Of a DNA stretch of 64,000 nt, positions 49,903-61,225 are shown in pieces (position 1 is the stretch's first letter; each line of letters opens with the position of its first letter). The position numbers were made by a program, and so were the translations under genes. The notes below the pieces were generated by a model, which was not told the origin of the DNA, did no database searches, and saw only the letters and a program-made list of their open reading frames with translations. The stretch is from Botryllus schlosseri. Lineage: Eukaryota. The DNA is taken from the NCBI GenBank assembly GCA_051294905.1, contig CM119383.1, positions 21,142,001 to 21,206,000 on the forward strand. Direction: 5' to 3'.

Positions 49903-50739
49903 TCGCATCTCGTCGAGGCAGGTGTCTTTTAGCTTGTTTTTCCAGATTAAAATACGCTAGTTGTGGTTTGCCGCTGTGGCAACGCTGTTTTAAAATATAA
50001 CAGTAGACAGGACGTGATTTTTATAGACCTAAAATTTTTTTTTTTTGATGGTACGTCTTCCATAGGTTCCCTTTTAACACCGGAGGTAAAATACAGAACC
50101 GTGACTTAATCACGGTTCTGATAAACCTATTGGCGTATTTGGTGGAAAAGAGACTGCTATTTAGCAGATAAAATAAGCAGAGTGTTTGGTTGTTATAAGG
50201 CTATATAGAGTACGCCTACATAAGGCTATATAGAGTACGCCTACAACCAACGAACGAACGAAGAATAAAGCTGCAACGACGACAACGACCGCCGACCGCT
50301 GCAACCTGCCGCCGACCGCCGACCATCGCCGATCGCTGCCAGCTGCCGCCGACCGTCGACTGCCGACCGCTGCCAGCTGCCGCCGACCGCCGACCACCGC
50401 CGACCGCCGCCAGCTGCTGCCTGCCGCCGACCGCCGCCAGCTGCTACCTGCCGCCGACCGCTGCCAGAACGCCGCCGACCGCCGCCAGCTACTACCTGCC
50501 GCCGACAGACCGCTGCCAGAACGCCGCCGACCACCGCTCTCGACCTCCTCCGCAGGCTACTATACATACCTTAAGAAGCCTAAGAATAAAGACTAAAAAA
50601 GAGGACAAGACCTCCTCTAACGCGGCGAACATCCTGCGGACAAGAACTCCGCAGGACACACCGTTCACGCTCCTGCGGAATAAACACCCGCACGGAAACA
50701 ATGGCCACCGCGAACCTCTACACACATCGGCCATGATCT

Positions 50740-51789
50740 TTGGATGTGACAGTCCCAGATGGAATGACAATCGCAGAGGTATACTCTGCCATAATGGACT
50801 ATACACCATTAAAAAACATAACGGACTACATAGAATCTATATACCAAATTGGACTTAAAACCTTCAACATCACCATCTATGACATGGAAAGTACACAAAA
50901 CATCAAAAAAGAACTCTTGGATATGACAAAAAATGGAATCAGAACATCATACGGAATAATCGAGATTGAGAACGCACAGGAACCCTATCAGGCAATAAAC
51001 ATTCGAGCTATCCCAACCGAAGCCACGGACCGAGAAATCACAGAACTCATAGAAAAAACGGGATGCGGGAAAGTCACGAAAATAATTAGAATAATGCACC
51101 GTGGGACAAAAGTCCACAATGGATACCGCAGAATTCAAATTCAAAAGTACAAAAGGGGACACCTCCCCCTCTTCCTTAACATCAGAGGCCTCTCCTGCAA
51201 AGTCTTCTACCCGCCAGGAGAGTATGAACCGGAATGTTTCCGATGCCTACAGAAAGGACACACAGGGCGAAATTGCACAAACGAAACAATCTGCCTTGAA
51301 TGTAAGAACACAGGACACCGAAGAGCAAACTGCCCTGAATTATTAACTGAATATCCTACACTACATGAGGCGAAACAAACAAAAACGACGAAAAAAAGCG
51401 AAGAAAGAGAACAAATAAATACACCCCCTGCCGAAGAAAACAATGAAAAAATGAATGAAAGCATGCCTTCTCTCGAAGGATATGAGGAAACTTTAAACGA
51501 AAGCAGACCTTCTCTTGAAGGAAACGATGAAAATACAGACGAAAAAACACAACAAGAGACACAACAAAGCGAAGAAAAGATCCTTCCAGACCTGACAGAA
51601 AGCTCTTCAGAAGAAAGCAAAGCTGAAAGCGAGGAAGGAACAGATCTCTTTGAAATATCGACCGGGAAGGAGCACTCCACCCCGGAAGATATGGCATGTC
51701 TAGCAAAAAACAAAAGAGCAGATGACCCTAAGGAACCATCCGACTCTTTGAACCCCCCGAATTACCACCGAGAAACAGGAATAGAGTAA
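50740..51789 (+). CDS. LINE B ORF1 (tail may continue in a shifted frame to ~52124)
   Basis: CFRCLQKGHTGRNC and CLECKNTGHRRANC; homologous to 28630 ORF1 (INIRAIPTE vs VNIRAVPTE). Confidence 0.85.
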   Translation: MDVTVPDGMTIAEVYSAIMDYTPLKNITDYIESIYQIGLKTFNITIYDMESTQNIKKELLDMTKNGIRTSYGIIEIENAQEPYQAINIRAIPTEATDREITELIEKTGCGKVTKIIRIMHRGTKVHNGYRRIQIQKYKRGHLPLFLNIRGLSCKVFYPPGEYEPECFRCLQKGHTGRNCTNETICLECKNTGHRRANCPELLTEYPTLHEAKQTKTTKKSEEREQINTPPAEENNEKMNESMPSLEGYEETLNESRPSLEGNDENTDEKTQQETQQSEEKILPDLTESSSEESKAESEEGTDLFEISTGKEHSTPEDMACLAKNKRADDPKEPSDSLNPPNYHRETGIE

Positions 51790-52035
51790 AAGGATTGTCA
51801 AATATACCCCCAGGAGACGAGGCCTTCCAAATCCAGATTTTCAAACATGTAGAACAAAGTCCTTTACCAGCAGAACAAAGAATAAAAGACAGCCCGAGGA
51901 TAAAAAGAGTATATCATAGCAGCCCTGAGGAAAAAAGCGACAAAAATAAAAAAAATAAAGAAAATAAACGTCAAAACACTCGAAGAACAAAAGAAGGAAA
52001 GCAAATGGAAAACCCTATTATCTTTTATCGTTCAA

Positions 52036-54687
52036 ATGGAAGGCCACACAACCAATCCAGCCTCTCAGAAGAAAATCTACGACGCAAAAGGGCTTCAATG
52101 TACCCTGATATCGATAAATGTTAACGGCCTAAATCGAAAATGGGAAACATTCAAAATATTTATAAAAGAATCTAAAGCAGACATCTACTGCATTCACGTA
52201 GTACATAGAATGCAAAAACAGAAAATTGCAAACTGGGCAAATCAAAACTCGTTCACATACTATAAAAACTTCGATTCGGAAGCCTACCAAGGAAAGGGAA
52301 AACATTACCTAGGGACCGTCATTCTTGTAAAAAAAAACTTGGCAGAGAAATACACCATCCAGCACAAGATTATAATCGCTGACCGCGCCCAGGAACTCCA
52401 ACTAGACAGAGAGGGAGAATCCATACGCGTAATAAACATCTATGCACCAACTACGGCAACACGCGAACAAAATGAATTCTGCCAAGAACTTAAAGATCAC
52501 ATGGACAAGAGAAATGACACTACCATAGTAGCTGGAGACTTCAACATGGTCACGGAAAAGATAGACAGTGAGAAGCAAGCTGCATTCAGAATGACGAAGG
52601 GGGCGGAAACGTGGAAGAGCTTGATGAAGCAAATCTCGTTACTAGACATTTATAGATGGCGAAAACCATACACCAAGACCTTTTCCAATATAAACAACCT
52701 CAACTCAAGACGCATAGATAGAATCTACGTGTCAAAAACCCTAGCAACAATGGTGACGATGGCAGAATATAAAACAACCTGCATATCAAACCATCTATAT
52801 GCAATCATGAAAATAAAGCCCAAATCGCCACAAAAATGGGGAAGAGGAACATGGAGAAATAACATCTCTCATCTCCAAAACGGCAAATACAGAGCAACAA
52901 TAGAAAACTTGTACACCGAGTTTGATATGGAAAAAACAAACTACGCAAGTATAGCTGAATGGTGGGACAGCTTCAAAAAGAAGGTCAAAAAATTCTCTCT
53001 CTTTCGGAATCGAAGAAAAAAGAAAACAAAACCAAAAACAAACAGCTCTTGAAAACAAACTACAATCACCTTCCATAACATCCGAAGAAAGGGAAAAAAC
53101 AATCCAAGAGCTGAAAGAGCTAGAGAAAAAACGACTCGACGCAATCATGAAGTTCGAATACAGAGAGCAACTGGAGAAAGGAGAAAAACCTACGCACCAG
53201 TTCTACGAACATCTCAAAGAGAAAAAGCTGAGAAAAACAATCACACGCTTGAAAGATAGTACCGGAAATACAACGGCAGACAAAGAAAAAATAATAAACA
53301 CAATACATGGCTTCTATACAGACCTTTGGAATGACGAACAGACCGGAGACCCAAACCTACAAAGAAACCTGATTGAACTACTAACAAAAAAAATACCACC
53401 TGAAAACAGAATACTACATGACCTCCCAATAACCGAATTAGAAATACAAGATGCTCTAAAAGCACAGGCAAACAATCGATCACCCGGACCGGATGGAATT
53501 TCGATCGAATTCTACAAAACTTTCTTTCAAATCCTCAAGCACGACCTTCTCCAAATATATAATAACGCTCTCCTATTCGGAAGTACAGCAAACACATGGA
53601 ACGAGTCGAAAGTCACTTTGATCTTCAAAAAAGGGGACCCTGAAGACCTAAAAAACTGGAGGCCAATATCCCTAGCCGACGCTGACTATAAGCTGCTCAC
53701 AAAAATAATCGCCAACAGAATTCGAAAAGACCTAGGCGAAGTTATCACTCCCACGCAAAAGTGCGCGATAGAAGGGAGACAAATTACGGACGCGCTGCAA
53801 AACATCCAAGCAGCGATAAATCACAGCAATGACAAGAAATCGCCACTAGTAATAACAAGCATCGACCAAGAAAAAGCATTCGACCTTGTCCCGCACAAAT
53901 ACCTCTGCGGCGTCATAAAAAAGCTCAATTTCGGCAAAAAAATGACAAAATTAATCGAGAACATCTACGAAAGAGCTGAAAGCAGAGTCGACATCAACGG
54001 TACCCAGACCAACCAAATACCGCTAAGAGAGGACTCCGCCAAGGTTGCCCCTTGAGCATGAGTCTATACGCCCTCTCCGCCGAACCAATGACCCAGAGGT
54101 TCCTACAGAATAACAAAATCAAAGGAATAAAACTGGCAAACCTGCAGCTCAAATTGCAGCAATATGCCGACGATTGGACGATATTAACCAAAGACCTGGA
54201 ATCAATAGAATATGCCCTTGAAGAAATGAAATTCTTAGAACAAGCAACAGGACAAAAGATAAACCAAAAGAAAACCGAAATACTAAACTTGAACAACCCA
54301 AAAGACCCAATCAGAAGTGAAAAATACAAGGAAAACATCAAGAACACGATCAAGATACTCGGCCAATATTACGGAGAAGACCAGAGTAAACTAACATGGA
54401 ACACTGTCATCTCAAAAATAGAGAAAGCCACCCGATTTAACAACCAACGGAACCTGACGTGGTACGGAAAGAAAATGATCATAAACGCAATGATTTCGCC
54501 GAGAATAACGTACCACGCAAGAGTAACACCACCAACTCCAGAAGTCATTGCGAAAATGACAAGAATAACATTTAACTTCCTCTGGCACCCTGAAAAGATA
54601 GAGAAGATCGCGCGACACAAGCTCATAAGAGGAATAAAGAACGGCGGACTAGACATCCTGCACCGGGCAGACACCGAACAAATCTAA
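52036..54687 (+). pseudogene. LINE B ORF2 (APE + RT), frameshifted at ~53050 and ~54050
   Basis: ISINVNGLN, VAGDFN, RRIDRIY, NWRPISLADADYK, DQEKAFD and QYADD. Confidence 0.9.
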
Positions 54688-54689
54688 AA

Positions 54690-55929
54690 CGGAAATATTA
54701 TCCTTCAAACAAAATATTATAAAGAACGAAGACTACAAAAACTTGATAAAACAATCCACAGAAATATTGGGACAAAAATTCGGCCAAAACTATAAAAATG
54801 AGACTTGGGAAAAAAGAATAAACCAGATCAGAAAAATCACCATGGCATATAGACATAGAAATCTTACGTGGTTTGGCAAGGCAACAATATTAAATAGCCT
54901 AGCAACAACTAAGATCCTATACAACGCAAGGATCATTCATATGCCAAAGAAGGCAATAAAAAAGATAAATAGCATGTTCTTCCGATTTATCTGGAACCCC
55001 AAAAAATAGAACCAATAAGTCGGAGGAAAATGATATGTAGCGACGCTACGAAGAAAATAAACATACCCTGCATCCAAAGCGGAGTAGAAACTGGGTTGGC
55101 TGAAAAATTCAAAATTCTGAAAAATATCAGCCAACCCAAAGAATTTTGGCACCATGAAGCCATGTACACCCTGGGCACCAGACCAAGGGAAGTGAACCCA
55201 CAGTTATATAATAACTCTTCTCCACATAGATTAAACACAACTAAGGAATGGAGAGAAATTTTGAAAGTAGTAAACAAATTAGATTGGACAGAACAGAGAT
55301 GGGCTGAAGCAACTCACAAAGACATCTACACAGAAATCAAAAAACAGAAAGATATACCAACAGACGTACTCCTCGAAAGTAGAGCCTGGACGAAATTAGA
55401 CAAAGTATCGGAGATTAGGGGTTACAAAACCCACTTAACAAATGAGGAAAGAGTTATCAATATAAGAACAGCGTCGAATGGGTACTTCCTCGGAGAAGAC
55501 AGGAGAAGGCTGAACATCCTAAACATTGGGTCACAGCCGATCGAACCCATAAAATGTAGATTTTGTGGTGAACAGAAAGACAACATAGAACACCTACTGA
55601 TTCATTGTAAACTTGCAAGGAACCTGTATGGTAATTTTACAAGAATAATAAAATCAAAAGTAATGAACAAAGATTCGATTCTGCACAATCAAAATCTACA
55701 AGAATCAGAAGATTGGGCAATAATAAGCCTAATAAAAAAAGAAATAATCAAGAATAAATTGGCACTAGATAAAAATAAGCAGAGTTGGATTAATGCCGAT
55801 GAAGCAATTAGGGATTTGACAAAAAAGACAGCAAGAAAGTTGATGAGAAGAATCAGCACGCTTAATAATTCTACGGAGGACCAGGCTCTCAGAAATGAAC
55901 TCGCGTTCATATACGAAGAGAACCTGTAA
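54690..55929 (+). mobile_element. 3' ORF2 fragment of a second L1/Tx1 family
   Basis: ILGQKFG...RNLTWFGKATILNSL...FFRFIWNPKKIE repeats, with low identity, ILGQYYG...RNLTWYGKKMIINAM...TFNFLWHPEKIE. Ends with CRFC...IEHLLIHC. Confidence 0.75.
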
Positions 55930-57267
55930 TCCGTAATAAAACGAAGCAAAACATTAGGCAGTAGCTAGGAGGGAAATAGACACTTTGCATTAGGCAAAGT
56001 GCCGGTAGCAACAGCAAGAAAGAGCTTTCTTGCACACAAACATATCTTTCACAAACCCATTGTGAGGATCAAATTTGAATAAGGGACACAATATTAATTC
56101 AATTTCGGCTTTAAACATAAAAATATATAGATATTTAGACCTTAAAAAGACCAAAAGCAGTGTGATTTTACAGACCGACTGCGACCATTGTTGAAGAATC
56201 TGGTAGACAATGCGAAACAGAGACTTCGTTTGTCTCAAAGGTAGCAAAACAATTAGAAGAACAATCAAGAAACAGAAGACAATAAGAACTTAGAAAACGC
56301 TCAAAAAAAGCTGTTTTTCATATGAAATGGAAGAAAAGACGTGATATATCAATCTGAAACAAAGAACAGCAAAGCAATAGGCGATAGGAAGTACGCAGTA
56401 AACAGAAAATAGTAGACGTTAGACGTCTGCTGTTTAGGCAAAGTACCGGTAATGGTAGCAGGAAAGGAGCCTTTTCGCTCTTAACCTCTATCTTGCATAT
56501 ACACATTACGCGAATTATTTTGACTGAAGAACACAATGTCAACTCAAATTTGGCTCAAAACTTAAAAATATATAGATTTCTAGACCATAAAAAAGAACAA
56601 AACAAGGATTTTCATAGTCCGATTGTGACCATTGTCGAACAATTCGGTAGACAATGCAAAGCAGTGACTTCGTTTGTTTTGAAAGAGGAAAAGACAATTA
56701 CGGAAACAAAGAAGTCAAGAAGAACAATTGAACCATAGAACACGCTCCAAAACAGCTGTGTTCATTTGGAAATAAAGGGAAAGCACGATATACCAATTTG
56801 GAAACCCAAAGACAAGGCCGACCACTTCTCTGTCGGTCTTTTGAAGAAAGAAGAAATAACATGTACGCGACTCACAACAAAGAATGCCGGAGCAGTGAAA
56901 TCTGAGGAAAAGGAGACGACGACGCCCACGGAAGATGCCTGGATGACGAAGCCCCCTGACCGATGATGGAGCTGCAGACCGTGAACCGATGACACGATGA
57001 TGACATGATGGGATTGAAGAACAAATGCTTTTTCCTTATTTTCAGTTTTATAGATTATATTGAAATTTACATGTATTAAAATTCTCGGTGTAATAAATTT
57101 GTGGATGCCCGCGGGCCCCGAAGAAAAAAAAAAGTGGACCTCCACGTTAGTTAGATTGCTGGTCATGGCGAAGGTTAGTGGTTCGAATCACGGTGTGACC
57201 TTCTATTATGTGATCGGTGTTTTGCGTCGCTTGAGTCAGATATTCGGTTAGAGTTGCTCGAGTCAGG

Positions 57268-57560
57268 GGGTGGGGGGTGGTAGCGCGGTGCGTTTACGCG
57301 CATCGCGCGGACGTATTTGTCGGTTGTGCGCGGCTTTCATTGAAAACGCGCCAGCAGGGTGGGGGGTGGAAGCGCGGTGCGTTTTTGCGCATCCGCGGCT
57401 GGCTGGTTTGTTCGGTTGTGCGCGGCTTTCATTGAAAACGCGCCAGCTGGGTGGGGGGTGCTAGCGCGGTGCGTTTTCGCGCATCGTGCGGACGGAATTG
57501 TCGCTCGTGCGCGGCTTTCATTGAAAACGCGCCAGCTGGAGGGGGGGTCGTAGCGCGGCG
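57268..57560. repeat. 87-bp G-rich tandem repeat, ~3 copies (single copy at ~32990-33075)
   Basis: Same unit as 20520-21035 (gcggctttcattgaaaacgcgcca...ggggtgg-agcgcggtgcgttt). Confidence 0.85.
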
Positions 57561-57634
57561 TTGAAAATTTCCAATATATTTCCTCATATTCAGCATCATA
57601 CTTCATGTTCATATTGTCGTCTTTAGAAAGCAAA

Positions 57635-58045
57635 ATGGAAGTCATTTCTAACATTTATGACGAATGTATCGAGATTACTTATACTTATTTCATTCAGTCA
57701 AGGATGATAAGAGCCAAACTGGTCATGAAAGAGGGCTTTTTCGCTAGAGGACTCGTCCAAACTGATGTCGAGGCGATAAAGGTTTCGCCGGATCGCTTGA
57801 TTTTGCAAAAAGCCGCAATCGCCGTTCCACAGGAACGTGCGGCTGCCTGACAACTTTGCTTCGTTGCCGGGCGACTTTAGTTCGGCGCGAAACAAAGTAA
57901 TTGTGTTGCAAGAAGGACATGTCTTCGTATCAACAATGTGGAATGGGAGGTCCACCATTGCGGGATTCATGGTGGCAGACGATTTCCGGGCTGAATTTCT
58001 GGTGTTTCACGATCAGCAGAAAAAAATAAGCAGAAATGGCCATAT
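57635..58045 (+). pseudogene. Family B pseudogene, frameshifted and 3'-truncated by a junction to block copy 3
   Basis: MEVISNIYDECIE...LVMKEGFFARG and GHVFVSTMWNGRSTIAGFMV. Confidence 0.8.
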
Positions 58046-61000
58046 TGAGACCCGCATTTCTCATGGGAAGTTCGTCGACTTCGGTGCGATCGATAAAATT
58101 ATACTTGGAGTAGCGTATCGTGTCTTAGTAGTAAACTACGCGATGCGATCGAACTGAAAGTCTGCCATGGGATGTAGTTCGACGATTGGGTGCCACAAAC
58201 AGACATCCCATGCACCTCGGGCGGGCTGGGAGCGGTTGTTACGTCATAATGAGTGAAATCCGTTATTACATGTAACTGTATAGTGGCTACAGGGTTGTAT
58301 CTACTTATACGAGTTTCATTACACGTGTCTCTTTCTTGTAGCTATAATATTATTATAACTTTTCTGACACCCTATAGTTGCAGACATGCTAGACACTTCA
58401 TTTTGGTGTCATTGGAAAGGTTGCAAAAAAATCTCCATCCGTTTTTTTTTTCAAGTCTCTACTTCAAGTAGTTTTGGAGTAGTGGCTTTGTAAAGTAGTT
58501 TCAACGTAGTTTCAACATCGTGATAGCTACTGCCTTCATATTTGTATCGTACAATAGTCGTTGCAAGACAATTTTTCAGTCCAAGTATCAAGTAGATTTG
58601 TCAAGTAGTTTTTGAGTAGTGGCTTTGTAAAGTAGTTTTATGATAGTTTCAACGCCGTGAGTGCTATCGAATTGATTTTTGTATCGTTCAATACTTGTGG
58701 CAAGCCCAATCTTCAGTTCAAGTATCAAGTAATTTTGTCAAGTAACAAACATTTTATAGTATTTTTAATGTTTCGGGAATGCTTTTTGCCATGTTGTGGT
58801 AGCGCTAGAGAGTTGATTTTTCCACGGATGGATACCGTTGGCAAGACCTATCTTCAATAAAAATTTCAAGTGGATCGGACCACGTGGAGAAAAGTTACAC
58901 GTAAATAATATTTTTGACTAGGTTCTGGTGGTCGTAAAGACTCGATATCTTCAATTCTGAAACGTCGCGTCAGGACCTATCTTCAGTGAAAATTTCAAGT
59001 GGATCGGATCACGTGGAAAAAAGTTACGAATTTCGCGTTTTTGACCATGTTCCCGTGGTGCTAGAGAGTTGATTTTCTCAATTCTGAATGCTCTCGTCAA
59101 GACCTATTCTCAGTACAAATTCCAAGTGAATTGGACCACGTGGAAAAAAGTTACGAATTTCGCGTTTTTGACCATGTTTCCGTGGTGCTAGAGAGTTGAT
59201 TTTCTCAATTCTGAATGCTCTCGTCAAGACCTATCTTCAGTACAAATTCCAAGTGAATTGGACCACGTGGAAAAAAGTTACGAATTTCGCGTTTTTGACC
59301 ATGTTCCCGTGCTGCTAGAGAGTTGATTTTCTCAATTCTGAATGCTCTCGTCAAGACCTATTCTCAGTACAAATTCCAAGTGAATTGGACCACGTGGAAA
59401 AAAGTTACGAATTTCGCGTTTTTGACCATGTTCCCGTGCTGCTAGAGTTGATTTTCTCAATTCTGAATGCTCTCGTCAAGACCTATTCTCAGTACAAATT
59501 CCAAGTGAATTGGACCACGTGAAAAAAAGTTACGAATTTCGCGTTTTTGACCATGTTCCCGTGGTGTTAGAGAGTTGATTTTCTCAATTCTGAATGCTCT
59601 CGTCAAGACCTATCTTCAGTACAAATTTCAAGTGAATTGGACCACGTGGAAAAAAGTTACGAATTTCGCGTTTTTGACCATGTTCCCGTGCTGCTAGAGA
59701 GTTGATTTTCTCAATTCTGAATGCTCTCGTCAAGACCTATTCTCAGTACAAATTCCAAGTGAATTGGACCACGTGGAAAAAAGTTACGAATTTCGCGTTT
59801 TTGACCATGTTCCCGTGCTGCTAGAGAGTTGATTTTCTCAATTCTGAATGCTCTCGTCAAGACCTATTCTCAGTACAAATTCCAAGTGAATTGGACCACG
59901 TGAAAAAAGTTACGAATTTCGCGTTTTTGACCATGTTCCCGTGGTGTTAGAGAGTTGATTTTCTCAATTCTGAATGCTCTCGTCAAGACCTATCTTCAGT
60001 ACAAATTTCAAGTGAATTGGACCACGTGGAAAAAAGTTACGAATTTCGCGTTTTTGACCATGTTCCCGTGCTGCTAGAGAGTTGATTTTCTCAATTCTGA
60101 ATGCTCTCGTCAAGACCTATTGTCAGTACAAATTCCAAGTGAATTGGACCACGTGGAAAAAAGTTACGAATTTCGCGTTTTTGACCATGTTCCCGTGGTG
60201 CTAGAGAGTTGATTTTCTCAATTCTGAATGCTCTCGTCAAGACCTATTTTCAGTACAAATTCCAAGTGAATTGGACCACGTGGAAAAAAGTTACGAATTT
60301 CGCGTTTTTGACCATGTTCCCGTGGTGCTAGAGAGTTGATTTTCTCAATTCTGAATGCTCTCGTCAAGAGCTATCTTCAGTAAAAATTTCAAGTTGATTG
60401 GACAAGTAATAAAAAAGTAAAGCCTTTTCTAATTATTTTCGAAGCTATTTAACCATGTTCTGGTTGTGGTTGGGACTTCATTTTTTATTTTCTGAGAAGG
60501 GCGGGAAAAAGCAATTAATCTATGTGAATTTCAAGTCAATCGGAGCACGAAATCTAATTTTTTTCAGGAGCCCTTATTTTCAAAAAAACAGTTTGTGGTG
60601 GCGCTAGAGAGTTACTTTTTTTTTCTGGAAAGAGCTGGGAAAGGCGATTAATCTATGTAAATTTCAAGTAAATCGGCCAACGTTTACTATTTTTTCAAGT
60701 ACGAAATGTGTTCGAAATAAAAAACTTCAATGTTTTCTGTGATTTCTCTCTCAGTTTTAACGGTATCGTCTCGGGGAAGTCGGCGTTCGAAAGATGTGTG
60801 TAAGAAGAACCCAGAACTTTTCGAATTTTCTCGATAGCTATCACGGTCTCGAAATGACAGCCATTTCAAAATGACAGTTTTTCCGGACCAAAAAGTCGAC
60901 TTTTTCGAATTTTCTTTAGCCAAAAAATTTCGAAAAATTTTCATTTTTTTCCCCAAAAAAAAATTTTTTTTCCCAAAAAATCTGAAATTTTTGACCCCCC

Positions 61001-61185
61001 CCCAGCCGAAGTTTGGAGTGCCTAGGACCAACTCCAGCCATTTTAGCCATTCTACCATGCTACAGTATAGGACCTGGACTTATGTGTACCCAAGTCGTTT
61101 TCGAGTCACGGTCGGATCAGTGAACTTGAGTGTCCGGGAATGAACCGAGTGGGAGTGAACCGTTCTAGAACTTTCTCGGAATATG
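58040..61185. repeat. Module non-coding block, copy 3, ending in an HSE (gTTCtaGAActTTCt, 61162-61176)
   Basis: Colinear with copies 1 and 2. Confidence 0.85.
58760..60420. repeat. 127-bp tandem satellite, ~12-13 highly similar units
   Basis: acgtg anchor at 58882, 59011, 59138, 59265, 59392, 59517, 59644, 59771, 59898, 60024, 60151 and 60278. Confidence 0.95.
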
Positions 61186-61225
61186 GCGTGACATCCTGTT
61201 CGTTTTCGTCTTTTCAGATATCATT

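Larger units (their letters stand above)
50200..57133 (+). mobile_element. L1/Tx1-clade retrotransposon locus B (composite of two families)
   Basis: GC-rich (gccgccgacc)n 5' region, ORF1 with two CCHC knuckles and APE-RT ORF2 with YADD. The post-RT region is duplicated and divergent, and the locus ends in an A-rich tract. Boundaries approximate. Confidence 0.85.

Noticed and set aside
49867-57137. aagtgga as target-site duplication of LINE locus B
   Set aside because: Only 7 nt, A-rich, and it would place the SL exon inside the LINE. Block copy 1 shows the SL-like exon belongs to the flanking module.
58760-60420. CRISPR-like array
   Set aside because: Units are contiguous 127-bp tandem repeats without unique spacers, there are no cas genes, and the context is eukaryotic.
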